Positions 32,090 to 41,612 of a stretch of 64,000 nucleotides of DNA are shown here, in pieces. The DNA is taken from contig OY762964.1 in the NCBI GenBank assembly GCA_963667035.1, positions 960,001 through 1,024,000 of the forward strand. Direction: 5' to 3'. This stretch comes from Candidatus Cloacimonadales bacterium. Lineage in GTDB: Bacteria; Cloacimonadota; Cloacimonadia; Cloacimonadales; JAFGVF01. How positions within the stretch are numbered: position 1 is the stretch's first letter; every line of letters starts with the position of its first letter. Both the position numbers and the translations under genes were made by a program. The notes beneath the pieces were generated by a model. It saw only the letters and a list, made by a program, of their open reading frames with translations, was not told where the DNA came from and did no database searches.

Positions 32090-32200
32090 GAAAAGCGGAA
32101 AATAATTGACACTTTATTGTTTATAATTTCGCTGTCATAAACGAAAGTTCAGATGATTTTTTGATATAAATAGACAAATAAACTCGAAAAGGAGATGAGA

Positions 32201-35200
32201 ATGGCACAATTCAAGAAACAGACAATGGAAGGAAACATGGCCGCTGCTCACATCGCTTATGCATTTAGTGAAGTCGCAGCTATTTACCCCATTACTCCAT
32301 CTTCAACCATGGGAGAATTAACCGATACTTGGTCTGCCAATGGTTTAAAGAATATCTTCGGCACAGAAGTAGATGTCGCTGAGATGCAATCAGAAGGTGG
32401 TGCTGCAGGTGCTGTACACGGTTCATTATCAGCCGGTGCTTTAACAAGCACATTCACTGCTTCTCAAGGACTCATGCTTATGCTTCCTAATATGCATAAG
32501 ATTGCCGGTGAGATGCTTCCAACTGTATTCTACGTTTCAGCTCGCTCTTTAGCAGCACAATCTCTTTCTATTTTTGGTGATCACTCTGATGTGATGTCAG
32601 CCAGAAATACAGGTTATGCAATGCTTGCATGTAACTCAGTTCAAGAAGTTATGGACCTCTCAATAGTAGCTAACCTTGCTACACTAAAAACAGAGATTCC
32701 TTTCTTAGTATTCTTCGATGGTTTCAGAACTTCAAATGAAATCCAGAAAGCAGAAGTTATCGACTATGAAACATTAGGCTCAATGCTTGATATGCAGTAT
32801 GTTGAAAGATTCAGAGCAAGAGCTCTTAATCCTGAAAGTCCTCGCGTAAAAGTTGGAGCACAAAATCCTGACGTATATTTCCAGGGTCGTGAAACAACCA
32901 ATAATACTTATGATGCAGCTCCTGCCGAAGTTCAAGCTTACATGGATGAAGTTGCCGCTAAGATAGGTCGTAGCTATCATTTATTTGATTACATCGGTGC
33001 TCCTGATGCTGAATCAATAATAGTAGCAATGGGCTCAGGTTGTGAAACAATAGATGAAACAATCGAATATCTTAATGCAAACGGTTCTAAATACGGCTTG
33101 TTAAAAGTTCGTTTATACAGACCATTCTCAATTGATGCTCTCATTAATGCAATTCCTGCTTCAGTTAAGAGAATTGCTGTTCTTGATAGAACAAAAGAAC
33201 CGGGTTCAATCGGTGAACCTTTATATATTGATGTAGTAGCTGCTCTTAAGGGTAAAGATATCACTATCATTGGTGGACGTTACGGTTTATCTTCAAAAGA
33301 GTTTACACCTTCAATGGTTAAAGCTGTTTACAAACATCTTGATAACGATGGTTTCCACGGATTTACAGTAGGTATCACAGACGATGTATCTAACCGTTCA
33401 ATTCCTGTTACAGAAAGGATTAACACAATTCCTAAAGGAACTATCGGTTGTAAATTCTGGGGTCTTGGATCAGACGGTACTGTCGGTGCTAATAAGAATA
33501 GTATCAAGATTATCGGTGACAACACTGACAAATATGCTCAGGGTTATTTCCAGTATGACTCTAAGAAATCCGGTGGTATCACTCGCAGTCACTTAAGATT
33601 CGGTGATACTCCTATCCGTTCACAATATCTTATCCAGAATGCTGACTTCATCGCATGTCATAATCCTGCTTTCATCGGTAGATATGATATCCTTGAAGGA
33701 ATCAAAGAAGGAGGTGTATTCCTTCTTAACTCACATTGGACTCAAGAAGAAATCTTTGCTAATCTTACCGAAGACATGCAGAAGACTATTGTTGAGAAGA
33801 AAGTTAGATTCTATAACATCAATGCACTTGAAATTGCTAAAGGCGTAGGTCTTGGCGGTAGAATCAATACAGTTATGCAAGCTGCTTTCTTTATAATCTC
33901 CGGTGTTCTTGAAAAAGAAAAAGCTATCGAACTTATCAAAAATGCAATCAAGAAATCTTATGCTAAGAAAGGCGAAGAGATTGTTAAGATGAATATCGAA
34001 GCTGTAGATAAAACAGAAGCTGCTCTCGTTGAAATAACAATTCCTGCTAAAATGGATGGTACTTTCGTTGAAATGAAGAAACTCATCCCTGATAATGCTG
34101 ATGAATTCACTAAAACAGTTATCGAGCCAATCATGAGAGAAAAAGGTGACGACATCAAGGTCTCTGAGATGCCTTATGACGGTTTTGTACCTTCTGCTAC
34201 AACTAAACTTGAAAAACGTGGTGTTGCGCCGTTTGTTCCTCATTGGATTCCTGAAAATTGTATCCAATGTAACCAGTGTTCATTCGTATGTCCTCACGCA
34301 GCTATCAGACCTAAATTGATTGCTAATGATGATATGGCAAATGCTCCTGAGGCTTTCAAAACACTCAATGCTATGGGTGATTCGGACCTTCAGTATAAAC
34401 TTCAGGTTTACATTGATGACTGTCAGGGTTGTCGCGTATGTGTTAACGAATGTCCTAAGGGTGCACTTGTAATGAGCCCTATCGATGAAGAAAGAGCTGC
34501 CGGCGAACAAGCTAACTATGAATTCTTCGAAACTCTTCCTGAAGACAAATTTGGTAAGATGAAGAATATCAATGTTAAGACTTCTCAGTTCAAACAACCG
34601 TTGCTTGAGTTCTCTGGTGCTTGTGCAGGTTGCGGTGAAACACCTTATGTAAAACTTCTTACTCAATTGTTTGGAGACAGAATGCTTATTGCAAACGCTA
34701 CAGGTTGTACTTCAATCTGGGGTGGCACATTCCCAACAATTCCTTATTGTAAGAATCAGAACGGTCATGGTCCTTCATGGGCAAACTCACTGTTTGAAGA
34801 TAATGCTGAGTACGGATTTGGTTTCCGCTTAGCTGTTGATTCCAACAGAAAGATTCTCAAGATGAACCTTGAAAAGGCTACAGCCCTTCTCACTTGTGAC
34901 AGTTGTATTGAAGTATTCAACAGAAGACTTGATAATTGGGATTCAGTTGATGATCAAGCTAAAGCTGATGCAGCAAAGATTAAAGAGCTTCTTCCTAAGC
35001 TTCTTGAGAAAGCTGATGACAAAACAGCTCCTATCGTACGTAAGTGTATCGAATTGCAGAACTATCTTGTTGATAAGAGTGTTTGGTGCTTCGGTGGTGA
35101 CGGTTGGGCTTATGACATCGGTTATGGTGGACTTGATCACGTAATGGCTTCTAACAAGAATGTTAATATCCTTGTTGTTGATACAGAAGTTTATTCAAAT

Positions 35201-35713
35201 ACAGGTGGACAGGCTTCTAAATCTACTCCTCTTGGTTCAGTTGCTAAGTTTGCAGAGTCAGGAAAAGCTACGGTTAAGAAAGACCTTGGTATGATGATGA
35301 TGAGCTACGGATATGTTTATGTTGCATCCATTTCTATGGGTTCAAACAAAGCTCAAGCTCTCAAAGCTATCCAAGAAGCTGAAGCTTATCCGGGACCATC
35401 AATCATTCTTGCTTATGCTCCATGTATCAATCACGGTATTGATATGGGTATGAGCCAGAAAGAAGAAAAAGCAGCTGTTGATAGCGGATACTGGATTAAT
35501 TACAGATACAATCCTCAACTCAAAGCTGAAGGTAAGAATCCGTTTGTTATGGATTCAAAAGAACCTACTGCTGACCCTCTTGACTTCATAGACGGTGAAA
35601 AGAGATATACATCACTCAAGAGAACTTTCCCTCAGAAGTTTGAGCAATACCATGCCGAACTTAAGAAGTTCCTCGAAGCAAGATACGAAAGATACAAAAA
35701 AATGGCCGAATAA
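32201..35713 (+). CDS. nifJ: Pyruvate:ferredoxin (flavodoxin) oxidoreductase, single-chain
   Basis: IYPITPSS, EMQSEGGAAG, YDSKKSGG, two CxxCxxC ferredoxin motifs, GACAGCGE, GGDGWAYDIG. RBS AAGGAG precedes ATG 32201. Confidence 0.97.
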   Translation: MAQFKKQTMEGNMAAAHIAYAFSEVAAIYPITPSSTMGELTDTWSANGLKNIFGTEVDVAEMQSEGGAAGAVHGSLSAGALTSTFTASQGLMLMLPNMHKIAGEMLPTVFYVSARSLAAQSLSIFGDHSDVMSARNTGYAMLACNSVQEVMDLSIVANLATLKTEIPFLVFFDGFRTSNEIQKAEVIDYETLGSMLDMQYVERFRARALNPESPRVKVGAQNPDVYFQGRETTNNTYDAAPAEVQAYMDEVAAKIGRSYHLFDYIGAPDAESIIVAMGSGCETIDETIEYLNANGSKYGLLKVRLYRPFSIDALINAIPASVKRIAVLDRTKEPGSIGEPLYIDVVAALKGKDITIIGGRYGLSSKEFTPSMVKAVYKHLDNDGFHGFTVGITDDVSNRSIPVTERINTIPKGTIGCKFWGLGSDGTVGANKNSIKIIGDNTDKYAQGYFQYDSKKSGGITRSHLRFGDTPIRSQYLIQNADFIACHNPAFIGRYDILEGIKEGGVFLLNSHWTQEEIFANLTEDMQKTIVEKKVRFYNINALEIAKGVGLGGRINTVMQAAFFIISGVLEKEKAIELIKNAIKKSYAKKGEEIVKMNIEAVDKTEAALVEITIPAKMDGTFVEMKKLIPDNADEFTKTVIEPIMREKGDDIKVSEMPYDGFVPSATTKLEKRGVAPFVPHWIPENCIQCNQCSFVCPHAAIRPKLIANDDMANAPEAFKTLNAMGDSDLQYKLQVYIDDCQGCRVCVNECPKGALVMSPIDEERAAGEQANYEFFETLPEDKFGKMKNINVKTSQFKQPLLEFSGACAGCGETPYVKLLTQLFGDRMLIANATGCTSIWGGTFPTIPYCKNQNGHGPSWANSLFEDNAEYGFGFRLAVDSNRKILKMNLEKATALLTCDSCIEVFNRRLDNWDSVDDQAKADAAKIKELLPKLLEKADDKTAPIVRKCIELQNYLVDKSVWCFGGDGWAYDIGYGGLDHVMASNKNVNILVVDTEVYSNTGGQASKSTPLGSVAKFAESGKATVKKDLGMMMMSYGYVYVASISMGSNKAQALKAIQEAEAYPGPSIILAYAPCINHGIDMGMSQKEEKAAVDSGYWINYRYNPQLKAEGKNPFVMDSKEPTADPLDFIDGEKRYTSLKRTFPQKFEQYHAELKKFLEARYERYKKMAE

Positions 35714-35729
35714 GTCATTAAGATATATT

Positions 35730-35762
35730 AAGGGAAGGTTGATAATCAGCCTTCCCTTTTTT
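35730..35762 (+). terminator. Rho-independent terminator after nifJ
   Basis: AAGGGAAGGTTGA-taa-TCAGCCTTCCCTT followed by a T-run. Confidence 0.85.
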
Positions 35763-35886
35763 ACATACTCAAATTCTTCTTATACTTTTAGAAATATCGC
35801 TTGACGTCTATTGTACATATTAATCATTTATAGTAACGTTTACCTTTAACGATGATTCTACTAATCGTAGCAATGAGGAGTATACT

Positions 35887-36450
35887 ATGAAACAGAGATG
35901 CCAATGGTGCGAATCTAATCCCATAAACATAAAATATCATGATGAAGAGTGGGGAACTCCTGTACACGATGATAGATTACTTTTTGAATTCTTGATTTTG
36001 GAAGGTGCTCAAGCAGGACTTAGTTGGACTACAATTCTCAAGAAAAGAGAAAACTACCGTAAAGCATTCGATAATTTCGACTTTAATAAAATAGCTCTCT
36101 ACACAGATGATGATAAAGAGAGATTACTTGCAAATGAAGGGATTGTCAGAAACAGAAGAAAGATTGATTCAACGATTAGGAATGCTGCAGTCGCTATTGA
36201 TATTATCAAAGAATTCGGTTCTCTTGATAAGTATTTCTGGAATTATGTCGATGGAAAGCCAATTATAAACTCCCGGAAATCATTATCGGAAATCCCTGCC
36301 AAAACCGAACTGGCAGAGAAGATGAGCAAGGATCTTAAGAAAAGAGGCATGAACTTTGTAGGTCCCACGATTTGCTATGCCTTTATGCAGGCGATAGGAA
36401 TAGTAAATGACCACACTGTAGATTGTTATAGATATAAGGAATTGAGCTAA
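35887..36450 (+). CDS. tag: DNA-3-methyladenine glycosylase I
   Basis: RCQW, YHDEEWG, LEGAQAGLSW, FVGPT, NDH...C. Confidence 0.95.
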   Translation: MKQRCQWCESNPINIKYHDEEWGTPVHDDRLLFEFLILEGAQAGLSWTTILKKRENYRKAFDNFDFNKIALYTDDDKERLLANEGIVRNRRKIDSTIRNAAVAIDIIKEFGSLDKYFWNYVDGKPIINSRKSLSEIPAKTELAEKMSKDLKKRGMNFVGPTICYAFMQAIGIVNDHTVDCYRYKELS

Positions 36451-36559
36451 GGCATTTCTTCTTAACATAATTATGTAATTTATCCGGATAGTTGTGTTAT
36501 TTTATGCAGGGAATACTAAGTTAATTTGTATATAATGTAGAAACAGGTATGGAGGAATT

Positions 36560-37024
36560 ATGAAAAGAATTCTATTGTCACTTATGGGTTTGATATTGTT
36601 GTTTTCATTAACAGCAACGGAACCGACTTTGACAACTCCGGCTCCCAAGGATAAGAAGACACCTCGTGAACCTAAAGCTTTGGAAGCTCCTGAGGTCTCG
36701 AAAGCTGTGCTTGATAGAACTGATAATCAGATGAAGGTCTATACTGAAGAGTTAGATCTGACACCAGAGCAAGTTACAGTAATCAGAGAGATTATTCTTG
36801 AAAGAAACCGCATTATCCAACAGCATAAAAACGTTGGAAATGATGATTTTGAGAAGAACAGAATAGCCCGAAGTAAAATCAGTACTGCTAACCGGAAAGC
36901 CGATGAGAGAATTATCAAGCATTTGAATGAAGAGCAGGTGGTTAAATTTAAACATCTACAGAAACGTACATTGGAGAATAGAAAGAAACCGATGAAAAGT
37001 CAAAAAAAACCTTCAAAATTCTAA
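36560..37024 (+). CDS. Secreted helical protein (Spy/CpxP-like repeats), function unknown
   Basis: Signal peptide; LDLTPEQ and LNEEQ motifs; basic and helical. Confidence 0.6.
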   Translation: MKRILLSLMGLILLFSLTATEPTLTTPAPKDKKTPREPKALEAPEVSKAVLDRTDNQMKVYTEELDLTPEQVTVIREIILERNRIIQQHKNVGNDDFEKNRIARSKISTANRKADERIIKHLNEEQVVKFKHLQKRTLENRKKPMKSQKKPSKF

Positions 37025-37078
37025 AGTAGGTTTGAATTGACTTAAACTAAGTTCATCAGGAAATCCAATATAAATCTC

Positions 37079-37124
37079 AAAGCAGAAAGCGATGTTTATT
37101 AAAACAAGCTTTCTGCTTTCTTTT
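37079..37124 (+). terminator. Terminator after the secreted-protein gene
   Basis: AAAGCAGAAAGC ... GCTTTCTGCTTT followed by a T-run. Confidence 0.7.
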
Positions 37125-37262
37125 GTTAATATAGTTTATACAGTTCCGGGGACTATATGATTTGATCTCAAATCCATAGCAATATGAATCTACAGTGGCA
37201 TTTATCAGTGTCTAGATGATTTCAGTTCATTTACTGTCCTCCTTTTCTGCTTATTCTACCAA

Positions 37263-37356
37263 CCCGCTGTTTTTGCACTGTGCAGGCAGTGCTATCGCAC
37301 TGCCCACGCACTGAAACACCGGGTTGACAGTGCATTCACAGTGCAAAAACAGTGGG
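37263..37356. repeat. 11-bp-periodic palindromic intergenic array B (core GCACTG/CAGTGC)
   Basis: Units at 37264, 37275, 37286, 37297, 37308; inverted units at 37328, 37339, 37350. Outer 20-bp arms match 19/20. Confidence 0.8.
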
Positions 37357-37540
37357 AAACATCCGCTTTGTTGAAGAGTTTACAGAATGTTTGATGTTTG
37401 AAAAAAGAAATTGTAAATTTTATGGGAATTCAGGATATGGAAATATATAAAAAACTATTTTGTCTAATTAATCATTGAGAAAAAAGTGATTGACATAAAC
37501 AATCCGTTAATACTAACTATCAATCAAAATGGAGGATTTT

Positions 37541-37792
37541 ATGGCAAGGGAAACTAAAGTATACAAGTTTAAATGTCCTGATTGTGACCACGAAATAGAA
37601 TTCAAGATAGAGATTAAAACTTCCTCGGAGGGTAAAACTACTAAAGAAGTAGTTGTGTATTGCCCTTTTTGTGATAAAAAATATGTAGCAGAGATACCTG
37701 CGAAACCGGCTAGTAATGCAACTGTTTTAAGATCATATGAAAATGGAGATAAGGATGAAATGGGTCAAGATACCTCTGATTTTAGAATCTGA
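37541..37792 (+). CDS. Small zinc-ribbon protein (CPDC...CPFC)
   Basis: Strong RBS GGAGGA before ATG 37541, two CxxC motifs, overlaps the start of the next gene. Confidence 0.75.
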   Translation: MARETKVYKFKCPDCDHEIEFKIEIKTSSEGKTTKEVVVYCPFCDKKYVAEIPAKPASNATVLRSYENGDKDEMGQDTSDFRI

Positions 37793-40700
37793 ACAGGAGA
37801 CGGAATTAGAAAAGCTTTGGGATAATATTGTTCGGTATCATTCCAATTCACTAACAATTGAGCCGAAGAATACATCTATTGAAAGAATGTTTACGATTAT
37901 GAGCGAAGTAGCAAAAGCTAATCCACAAATTCAAGTTGCTATTAATCAATCGGAGAACGGGAGTGAGCATATAGTTCTAAACTTACAGCATGATAACAGA
38001 ACTATTCTTAACCTTCCGTGGCATGGATTAAAGGATTGCACCGGAAAATCACTTTCATCACTAAGTCAACTTACCTGTGTACGCTCATTTCCAGAATGCT
38101 TTAGTGACCTGAAATTTAAACCTCGAGCACTACCTATGAAGGTTCTTGTTGTAGTATCGTCACCGGATGATTTGACATTTGAAGGTAGATTGGATTATGA
38201 AACTGAGATGAGTAATATACTCACCATTTTCTATCCCTTGATGAAAAGGGGGGAGATAATAGTTGATATCGCAGATGATGCTTCTCTAATAGGAATCGAA
38301 AAGAAAATAATTCAAGTTAAATACGATATACTTCATTTCTCCGGTCATGGTTCATTCAACAAAGATACAGGAGAGGGTCATATTCTGTTGGAAAATGAAG
38401 ATGATATGAATATGAATTTTGTAAACGCAAAGGAGTTTGCTGAAGTCTTGAATAGTCATCCTGAGCATAGGATACCTCTCGTTGTAATGTCCTCATGCCA
38501 TACTGCTCATAGTGACAGTAGTTTTAAAGGTGTTACCGATCAACTGATACGTGTTGGCACTCCTGCCGTTATCTCTATGGTTATGTCTGTCGGTGATGAT
38601 TACGCAACTGAGTTCTCTAACAAGTTTTACGAGAATATCTGTAACAGATATACGATCCCACAGAGCTATCGAAAAGCTGTTGAAGCACTAAGAGTCTACG
38701 AATATGATAGGCATAGTGCAAAAAAAACATCTCACATACCTACTCAATGGATGATTCCCAGTCTGACAGTATCAGAAGAGATTGAAAAGCTCACAGATTT
38801 TGATTTGGTTAATGAGATAAGAGATTATGAATCTCAAGATGTATTTTCAGGAAAGAGATATATAAGTAAGCCTGATAAAGAATACTTGTTTATTGGCAGA
38901 TGGAGAGATGTAAAAAGATACTTTGGAGAGCTTAAATCAAAGGGATTTGTACTGATAACGGGACAGGGTGGAATAGGTAAAACTTATCTGGCAGAAGAAC
39001 TTATCCGAAGATATTGTTTGAAACAACTTGAGGCAATTGTATTTGCCTTTGATGAGAAGAATTTGAGTGGTGTTAATATATTGGATAAAGGTATATCCTA
39101 TCTGAAGGATGATGGAGATTTTGATTTTCTAAAGACCTATAAAGATGTGAAGTCTATTGAAGATAAGTTTTTGTTTCTTTTTAACCTGATTGCTAAACAG
39201 GGAAAGTATCCGATTTTTGTTTTTGATAACTTAGAGTCTTTTATGGATGATGATTGCCGAACCTTTAAACCGGAGCATAGCGAAATAGTAAATCTAATCA
39301 CTTTATTACAAAGAATTGAAAAATTTCCTCTTATCATGACTTCCCGATATGCTTTTGAAACGGAATATTATGACATAAATCAGCATGTGGATTTAAAATC
39401 GGTTTCTTTTACCGATTATTGGAGGAAAGCAAAAGATACGAAAAACATTATCTCAGAACTTGGAGACACAAGAGAGGATTTCAAAGATAATCTGTTTTTG
39501 TTATACAATAAACTGGGAGGGAACTATAGAGCACTAGAATTTATTGATACTTTGCTATCTACTGTTAAGTCTGACGACTTAATGAAAGCAATTGAATCCG
39601 TTCAAGATAAAATGGTTGAGAATCTGTTGTTTAATAAGATAATTGAATTATTGGATGATAGTTTGTATATATTCCGGTTTCTTATGCACTTTGATGTGCC
39701 TGTTACTACATTAGCTTTGGAGTTACAAGGATTAGTAAAAGAGAAGATTGAAACTGCTCTCAAACGAATTAATTCATTAACTCTTTGCGAAAGAATGAAA
39801 CAAGATGAAACGGATTTATATTACATCACTCCGCTTATAAAAGACTTATACAAAAAGAACTACCTTAACGAAGATATTATTTTTTCTCATGAAATGGCAG
39901 GGAGATATTTTACTTATAGAATCAACAATGGTTTTGATTCAGGAATGACGAGTCTGATAAATGCTTTTGAACATTTTTGCCTTTCCGATAATAAAAAGCA
40001 AATCAATGATTTAGGGAATAGAATAAGCTTCATTTTTGAGGAAAAATTCATGTTTGAGATGGCTCATTATTATGCTGATAAAAGTTATAGTATACTTGGT
40101 GATGAATGCAATGTCTATTTAATCCATAGATTAGGCTTTATTGAACTAAACATTGGGAGATATGATAATGCTTTAACTCATTTCAATAAGTGCTTGAAGA
40201 TATTTGAGGAAATAGGCGATAAATCTGGAGAAGGAACTTGTCTCAACAATATAGGTCAGATTTACGCTTCACGAGGAGATTATGATACAGCTTTATCTTA
40301 TCTCGAGCATAGTTTGAAGATAAGACAAGAGATAGGCGATAAATCGGGAGAAGGACAATGTCTTAACAATATAAGCCAGATTTACGCTTCACGAGGAGAT
40401 TATGATACAGCTTTATCTTATCTCGAGCATAGTTTGAAGATAAGACAAGAGATAGGCGATAAATCGGGAGAAGGACAATGTCTCAACAATATAAGCCAGA
40501 TTTACGATTCACGAGGAGATTATGATACAGCTTTATCTTATCTCGAGCGTAGTTTGAAGATAAGACAAGATATAGGCGATAAATCTGGAGAAGGAACTTG
40601 TCTCAACAATATAAGCCAGATTTACGATTCACGAGGAGATTATGATACAGCTTTATCTTATCTCGAGCGTAGTTTGAAGATAAGACAAGATATAGGCGAT

Positions 40701-41015
40701 AAATCCGGAGAAGGACAATGTCTCAACAATATAAGCCAGATTTACGCTTCACGAAGAGATTATGATACCGCTTTATCTTATCTTGAGCGTAGTTTGAAGA
40801 TATTTGAGGAGATAGGAGATAAATCGGGTGAAGGATACACATTATACAATTTAGCTTTTATGCTACTAATCAATTTGAATGAACCAGAAAAGGGAATGAA
40901 ATGCTTAATTGAAGCACTTAAAATCAATCAAAAAGTTGGAGATGCCGAGTTGGGAAAGCATTTATCGGAATTGTTTACATGGAAGAAACAGCAAATGGAG
41001 GAACAAGATGCCTGA
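37755..41015 (+). CDS. CHAT (caspase-like) protease - STAND/NB-ARC NTPase - TPR repeat protein
   Basis: LPW, VLVVVSSP, catalytic His in LHFSGHG and Cys in VMSSC; Walker A GQGGIGKT, Walker B FVFDNLE, MTSR; 40-aa TPR repeats. The start could be 37737, 37743 or 37755. Confidence 0.88.
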   Translation: MKWVKIPLILESEQETELEKLWDNIVRYHSNSLTIEPKNTSIERMFTIMSEVAKANPQIQVAINQSENGSEHIVLNLQHDNRTILNLPWHGLKDCTGKSLSSLSQLTCVRSFPECFSDLKFKPRALPMKVLVVVSSPDDLTFEGRLDYETEMSNILTIFYPLMKRGEIIVDIADDASLIGIEKKIIQVKYDILHFSGHGSFNKDTGEGHILLENEDDMNMNFVNAKEFAEVLNSHPEHRIPLVVMSSCHTAHSDSSFKGVTDQLIRVGTPAVISMVMSVGDDYATEFSNKFYENICNRYTIPQSYRKAVEALRVYEYDRHSAKKTSHIPTQWMIPSLTVSEEIEKLTDFDLVNEIRDYESQDVFSGKRYISKPDKEYLFIGRWRDVKRYFGELKSKGFVLITGQGGIGKTYLAEELIRRYCLKQLEAIVFAFDEKNLSGVNILDKGISYLKDDGDFDFLKTYKDVKSIEDKFLFLFNLIAKQGKYPIFVFDNLESFMDDDCRTFKPEHSEIVNLITLLQRIEKFPLIMTSRYAFETEYYDINQHVDLKSVSFTDYWRKAKDTKNIISELGDTREDFKDNLFLLYNKLGGNYRALEFIDTLLSTVKSDDLMKAIESVQDKMVENLLFNKIIELLDDSLYIFRFLMHFDVPVTTLALELQGLVKEKIETALKRINSLTLCERMKQDETDLYYITPLIKDLYKKNYLNEDIIFSHEMAGRYFTYRINNGFDSGMTSLINAFEHFCLSDNKKQINDLGNRISFIFEEKFMFEMAHYYADKSYSILGDECNVYLIHRLGFIELNIGRYDNALTHFNKCLKIFEEIGDKSGEGTCLNNIGQIYASRGDYDTALSYLEHSLKIRQEIGDKSGEGQCLNNISQIYASRGDYDTALSYLEHSLKIRQEIGDKSGEGQCLNNISQIYDSRGDYDTALSYLERSLKIRQDIGDKSGEGTCLNNISQIYDSRGDYDTALSYLERSLKIRQDIGDKSGEGQCLNNISQIYASRRDYDTALSYLERSLKIFEEIGDKSGEGYTLYNLAFMLLINLNEPEKGMKCLIEALKINQKVGDAELGKHLSELFTWKKQQMEEQDA
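40194..40838 (+). repeat. About 5.4 near-identical 120-bp tandem repeats encoding 40-aa TPR units
   Basis: Units in register at 40261, 40381, 40501, 40621 and 40741 differ at only a few positions. Confidence 0.95.
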
Positions 41016-41409
41016 TGAATCATTGAAAGTTAAACCAATCTCACAAGAAACAACACAATGGCAAGAGTTCATGATAAAAGAGCAACAGGAAACTCCTCAT
41101 AGGCTTGAAACGGTAGGGAAGTCATTGTCAGGGATGATATCTGTTACATTATCTATTATATTGGTATTTAGTGCAAATATCCTTAAAACTAATACAATTC
41201 CTGTATATGTACTAGTAATTTGGATTATAGCTTTATTTCTATCATTTCTGGTTATATTTCCATTCCCATACAGGTATAACACACAGAGTCCTCAAACATA
41301 TAAAGAAGCTCATAAACGTATAACAGTAGTCAAGTATACGATACTGATATTAAGCGTGATTGCATATCTGATAGCTGTATCATGGCTAGCGATAGAGCTA
41401 TTCGGATAG
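41008..41409 (+). CDS. Small membrane protein (133 aa, about 3 TM), coupled to the CHAT gene
   Basis: RBS GGAGG; ATG 41008 lies just upstream of the CHAT stop (41013-41015); three hydrophobic segments. Confidence 0.75.
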   Translation: MPDESLKVKPISQETTQWQEFMIKEQQETPHRLETVGKSLSGMISVTLSIILVFSANILKTNTIPVYVLVIWIIALFLSFLVIFPFPYRYNTQSPQTYKEAHKRITVVKYTILILSVIAYLIAVSWLAIELFG

Positions 41410-41612
41410 TATAGAAGTCTATTCACAGATGTGAATTGCCTTATTACGTAGTTAATGGTAAAACTTCAAAATACAATAATTCCAATTCATACATAATCAT
41501 TCTTATCTTGACGTATATATTACCTTTCTGAATATCAAACATTATGATGTCATAAAGTTGTATAGTAGTATATAAAGATTATCATATTTAAAATAAAGAG
41601 AATAGAGGAGGT

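Noticed and set aside
40194..40838. Tandem repeats considered as a CRISPR array or DGR template/variable repeats
   Set aside because: Contiguous in-frame coding repeats without spacers; no cas or reverse transcriptase gene in the window; differences are not adenine-specific.
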